DNA from: Pseudomonadota bacterium | GTDB taxonomy: Bacteria > Pseudomonadota > Alphaproteobacteria > Rhizobiales > JANQQB01 | NCBI GenBank assembly: GCA_038745065.1 | Contig: JBCDLT010000024.1 | Span: 19,346 to 83,345, forward strand | Length of the DNA stretch: 64,000 nt | Direction of reading: 5' to 3' | Part shown: positions 61,276-64,000 of the stretch, in pieces | Layout of the letters: each line of letters begins with the position of its first letter | Numbering within the stretch: the first letter of the stretch is position 1 | The notes under the pieces: generated by a model | Told to the model about the DNA's origin: nothing | The model's input: the letters and a program-made list of their open reading frames with translations, nothing else | Databases searched by the model: none | Position numbers and translations under genes: made by a program

Positions 61276-61614
61276 ATGACCTACGTCGTCACGGACAATT
61301 GCGTACGGTGCAAGTACATGGATTGCGTGGAGGTCTGTCCGGTCGACTGCTTTTACGAGGGCGAAAACATGCTCGTCATCCACCCCGATGAATGCATCGA
61401 TTGCGGCGTGTGCGAGCCGGAATGCCCGGCAGAGGCCATCAAACCCGACACAGAACCCGGTCTCGAAAAGTGGCTGGAAGTGAATGCGGAATATTCCGAA
61501 AAGTGGCCAAACATCACAATGAAGCGGGACGCGCCCCCGGACGCTGAAAAATTTGACGGTCAAGCGGGCAAATTCGAACAATATTTTTCGGCAAATCCCG
61601 GTCAAGGCGATTGA
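61276..61614 (+). CDS. fdxA: Ferredoxin FdxA
   Basis: [29 protein letters not shown]...[13 protein letters not shown]; AGGGAGAGG RBS. Confidence 0.96.
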   Translation: MTYVVTDNCVRCKYMDCVEVCPVDCFYEGENMLVIHPDECIDCGVCEPECPAEAIKPDTEPGLEKWLEVNAEYSEKWPNITMKRDAPPDAEKFDGQAGKFEQYFSANPGQGD

Positions 61615-61985
61615 TATTGCTCGGCTTGGCCGGTCAGCCTGCCCACAGGAATGGGGTGGTTCCAAAGACAAGGGCCAACAGGCCCCTGGTTAACCCGTTT
61701 GCACGCAAAGCGTTTTGAATTACGAGCGAATTGTGATACATTTGCGACGCTTTCGGGTTTTGAATGACTGGGTTTCTTGCACCGCAAAAATTTGGAGGCG
61801 TCAGCGAACGCAAAAAGGCGGGCTAGAAGGACCAGGTCGTTAACTTCCCAATCAGTCGCAAAAATCGTCTTACGCTTGAAATGCCGGGGCTCAAGGAAAG
61901 TTCAAGCGTGGGCCGTTCACGCATTCCATGTGCGGCAAGCGACAGCGCATTATGAATTCTAGTAAAAATCGGAGACCAAGGCCGT

Positions 61986-62576
61986 ATGACAACCACCACA
62001 AAGAAATCTGCGCAACGCCAAGGCTTCAAGACCGGCGAATTCGTTGTGTACCCGGCGCATGGCGTTGGACAGATCGTCGCCATCGAAGAGCAAGAAGTCG
62101 CTGGCCTGTCGCTGGAATTGTTTGTCATCAGTTTCGAGCAGGAAAAAATGACGCTGCGGGTCCCGGTGAGCAAGGCCGCATCCGTCGGCATGCGCAAACT
62201 GGCCGATACCAAGATCGTCGATAAGGCCCTGGAGACGATCAAGGGACGTGCGCGGGTCAAGCGAACGATGTGGAGCCGGCGTGCCCAGGAATACGAAGCC
62301 AAAATCAATTCCGGCGATCTGATCGCGATCGCAGAAGTGGTCCGCGACCTGCACCGGGCGGAAAGCCAGCCGGAGCAGTCTTATTCGGAACGTCAATTGT
62401 ATGAGGCCGCGCTCGACCGCATGGCCCGCGAAATCTCCTCGGTCAATAAGGTCTCCTCGACCGAGGCGGTTCAGGAAATCGAGAAGATCCTGGTGACCAG
62501 CCCGAAACGGGCGCAAAAGGCCCGCGCATCGGAAGACGGTGCCGACGACGAGGACAGCCACGAAAAAGCGGCCTGA
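61986..62576 (+). CDS. carD: CarD/CdnL transcription factor
   Basis: VVYPAHGVG, RTMWSRRAQEYEAKINSG, QSYSERQLYE. Confidence 0.96.
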   Translation: MTTTTKKSAQRQGFKTGEFVVYPAHGVGQIVAIEEQEVAGLSLELFVISFEQEKMTLRVPVSKAASVGMRKLADTKIVDKALETIKGRARVKRTMWSRRAQEYEAKINSGDLIAIAEVVRDLHRAESQPEQSYSERQLYEAALDRMAREISSVNKVSSTEAVQEIEKILVTSPKRAQKARASEDGADDEDSHEKAA

Positions 62577-62602
62577 AAGTCGTCTGCTCCGTGAGTATTG
62601 AG

Positions 62603-62628
62603 AACCCGGCCCCGGCGGCCGGGTTTTT
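62603..62628 (+). terminator. Intrinsic terminator after carD
   Basis: AACCCGGCC-CCGGC-GGCCGGGTTTTT. Confidence 0.8.
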
Positions 62629-62755
62629 CACATCCGCGTGAACTGTTGTCACATTGTTGATAATTTCGAAGGTTTTTCGCCAAAACACCATAGAAACCTG
62701 ATCTAGTGGCCATGGAGCTACGTATTTATCCTAGGATGAGGGAGAGGATCGTGCC

Positions 62756-63616
62756 ATGCCAAGAGATGCAAGTTCGCGCCGGCAGTTCGTAAAAGCTGCT
62801 ATGAATGCTCCCTACCTTGAACGTGAGGAGGAGCATAATCTCGCTGTCGCCTGGCGGAATGACGACGACCAGGAAGCACTACATCGCCTCGTCTCGTCAC
62901 ATATGCGGCTCGTCATCGCAATCGCTGCGCGCTTCAGACATTTCGGTCTGCCGATGAGCGATTTGATCCAGGAAGGCCATGTCGGCCTGCTGGAAGCCGC
63001 GGCCCGCTTCGAGCCGGAGCGGCTCGTCCGCTTCTCGACATATGCAACATGGTGGATCCGCGCATCGATCCAGGACCATATTCTGCGCAATTGGTCGATC
63101 GTCCGGGGTGGTACGTCGTCAACCCAAAAGGCGCTGTTTTTTAACCTCCGCAGGTTGCGTGCGAAACTGGCGAGTGGCACGGATCCGATGCCGGAAGGCA
63201 AGATGTACAAAGAAATCGCATCGGCCGTTGGCGTATCGGTGGCTGATGTCGCGCTTATGGATTCCCGGCTTTCCGGTCCGGATACATCACTGAATGCGCC
63301 CGTGGCAGAAACCGACGGCGCCAGCTCCGACCGTCAGGACTTCCTGGTTTGCGACAAGCCGCTTCAGGATGAAACGGTCGGGACGATGATCGACACGCAG
63401 CGCCGCAAGAAGTGGCTTTCCGACGCCTTGACGGTGCTGTCTGAGCGCGAATTGCGCATCGTGCGCGAACGGCGGCTTTCCGACGAAGGCGCGACCCTTG
63501 AATCTCTCGGGTCGAAACTCGGTATTTCGAAGGAACGTGTCCGTCAGATCGAAAGCCGTGCGTTGGAAAAACTTCGCTCCGCACTGATGAGCAGCCATCC
63601 GGAAGCGATCGCCTGA
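62756..63616 (+). CDS. rpoH2: RNA polymerase sigma-32 factor, RpoH2 type
   Basis: DLIQEGHVGL, RFSTYATWWIRA, RpoH box QKALFFNLRR, SKERVRQIE; carD-adjacent. Confidence 0.9.
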   Translation: MPRDASSRRQFVKAAMNAPYLEREEEHNLAVAWRNDDDQEALHRLVSSHMRLVIAIAARFRHFGLPMSDLIQEGHVGLLEAAARFEPERLVRFSTYATWWIRASIQDHILRNWSIVRGGTSSTQKALFFNLRRLRAKLASGTDPMPEGKMYKEIASAVGVSVADVALMDSRLSGPDTSLNAPVAETDGASSDRQDFLVCDKPLQDETVGTMIDTQRRKKWLSDALTVLSERELRIVRERRLSDEGATLESLGSKLGISKERVRQIESRALEKLRSALMSSHPEAIA

Positions 63617-63761
63617 CACGATTACCGCCTCAGGACCGTTGCAAAGACTTGCATCGGTTCTGGGCTCGCTTTGCAAGTCAATGGAATGGAGCGGTCCAAC
63701 GAAGCGGAACCGCTTTTATACGGGCTCGACCTTTTACAAACTGGTCCTATAATCGGCGCTC

Positions 63762-64000
63762 ATGAACCTGGTCGCCTCTTCAGACGATTTTGTCCGGCCG
63801 CGAAAACCGATATTGATCATCCTGCATCAGGAGCATTCTAGCGCCGGGCGGGTCGGGCGGCTCTTGCAGGATCGTGGTCACGACCTCGACATCCGCAAGC
63901 CGCGGTTCGGCGACACTCTGCCCTCGACGATGGAAGACTATGCGGGCGCCGTGATTTTTGGCGGTCCGATGAGTGCCAATGACACGGACGATTTTGTCAA
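63762..64000 (+). CDS. Class I glutamine amidotransferase-like protein (3'-truncated by window edge)
   Basis: Translated by hand: MNLVASSDDFVRPRKPILIILHQEHSSAGRVG...GAVIFGGPMSAND. Confidence 0.85.
   Translation, partial: MNLVASSDDFVRPRKPILIILHQEHSSAGRVGRLLQDRGHDLDIRKPRFGDTLPSTMEDYAGAVIFGGPMSANDTDDFV

Noticed and set aside
63638-63718. Alternative hairpins after rpoH2 as a riboswitch
   Set aside because: Short 6-8 bp arms only; compatible with an ordinary weak terminator

Overview
High-GC chromosomal segment of an alphaproteobacterium, most likely Hyphomicrobiales/Rhizobiales (inferred from gene order and protein motifs; the Amt subtype hints at a marine lineage). Mostly housekeeping content: MsbA-like exporter (partial), DUF3108, rpmB, VUT transporter, cobT-cobS-J domain-bolA, corC-aroB-aroK, xerD-accA-L,D-transpeptidase, ubiquinone hydroxylase, tesB, amt, xth-lolA-ftsK, tesA-ybbAP, yccA, htpG, MscS, acyl-CoA ligase, tRNA-Leu(CAA), a C-P lyase cluster (phnF/phnGHIJKL-DUF1045-phnMN, no transporter), a long AsmA protein, nadE, and a helicase-hslR-fdxA-carD-rpoH2 block. 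I see no IS, prophage or CRISPR array. The most striking unexplained signal is non-coding: the region upstream of the SUV3/MgpS-like helicase holds 12 GANTC (CcrM-type) sites, interleaved with a large dyad, alphaproteobacterial LexA boxes and NrdR-like boxes. Also notable: two candidate small RNAs, a 47-aa membrane ORF coupled to xerD, amt without glnK, a Gmad2-LysM protein and REP-like tandem repeats. All family assignments come from motif recognition by eye, not database searches.
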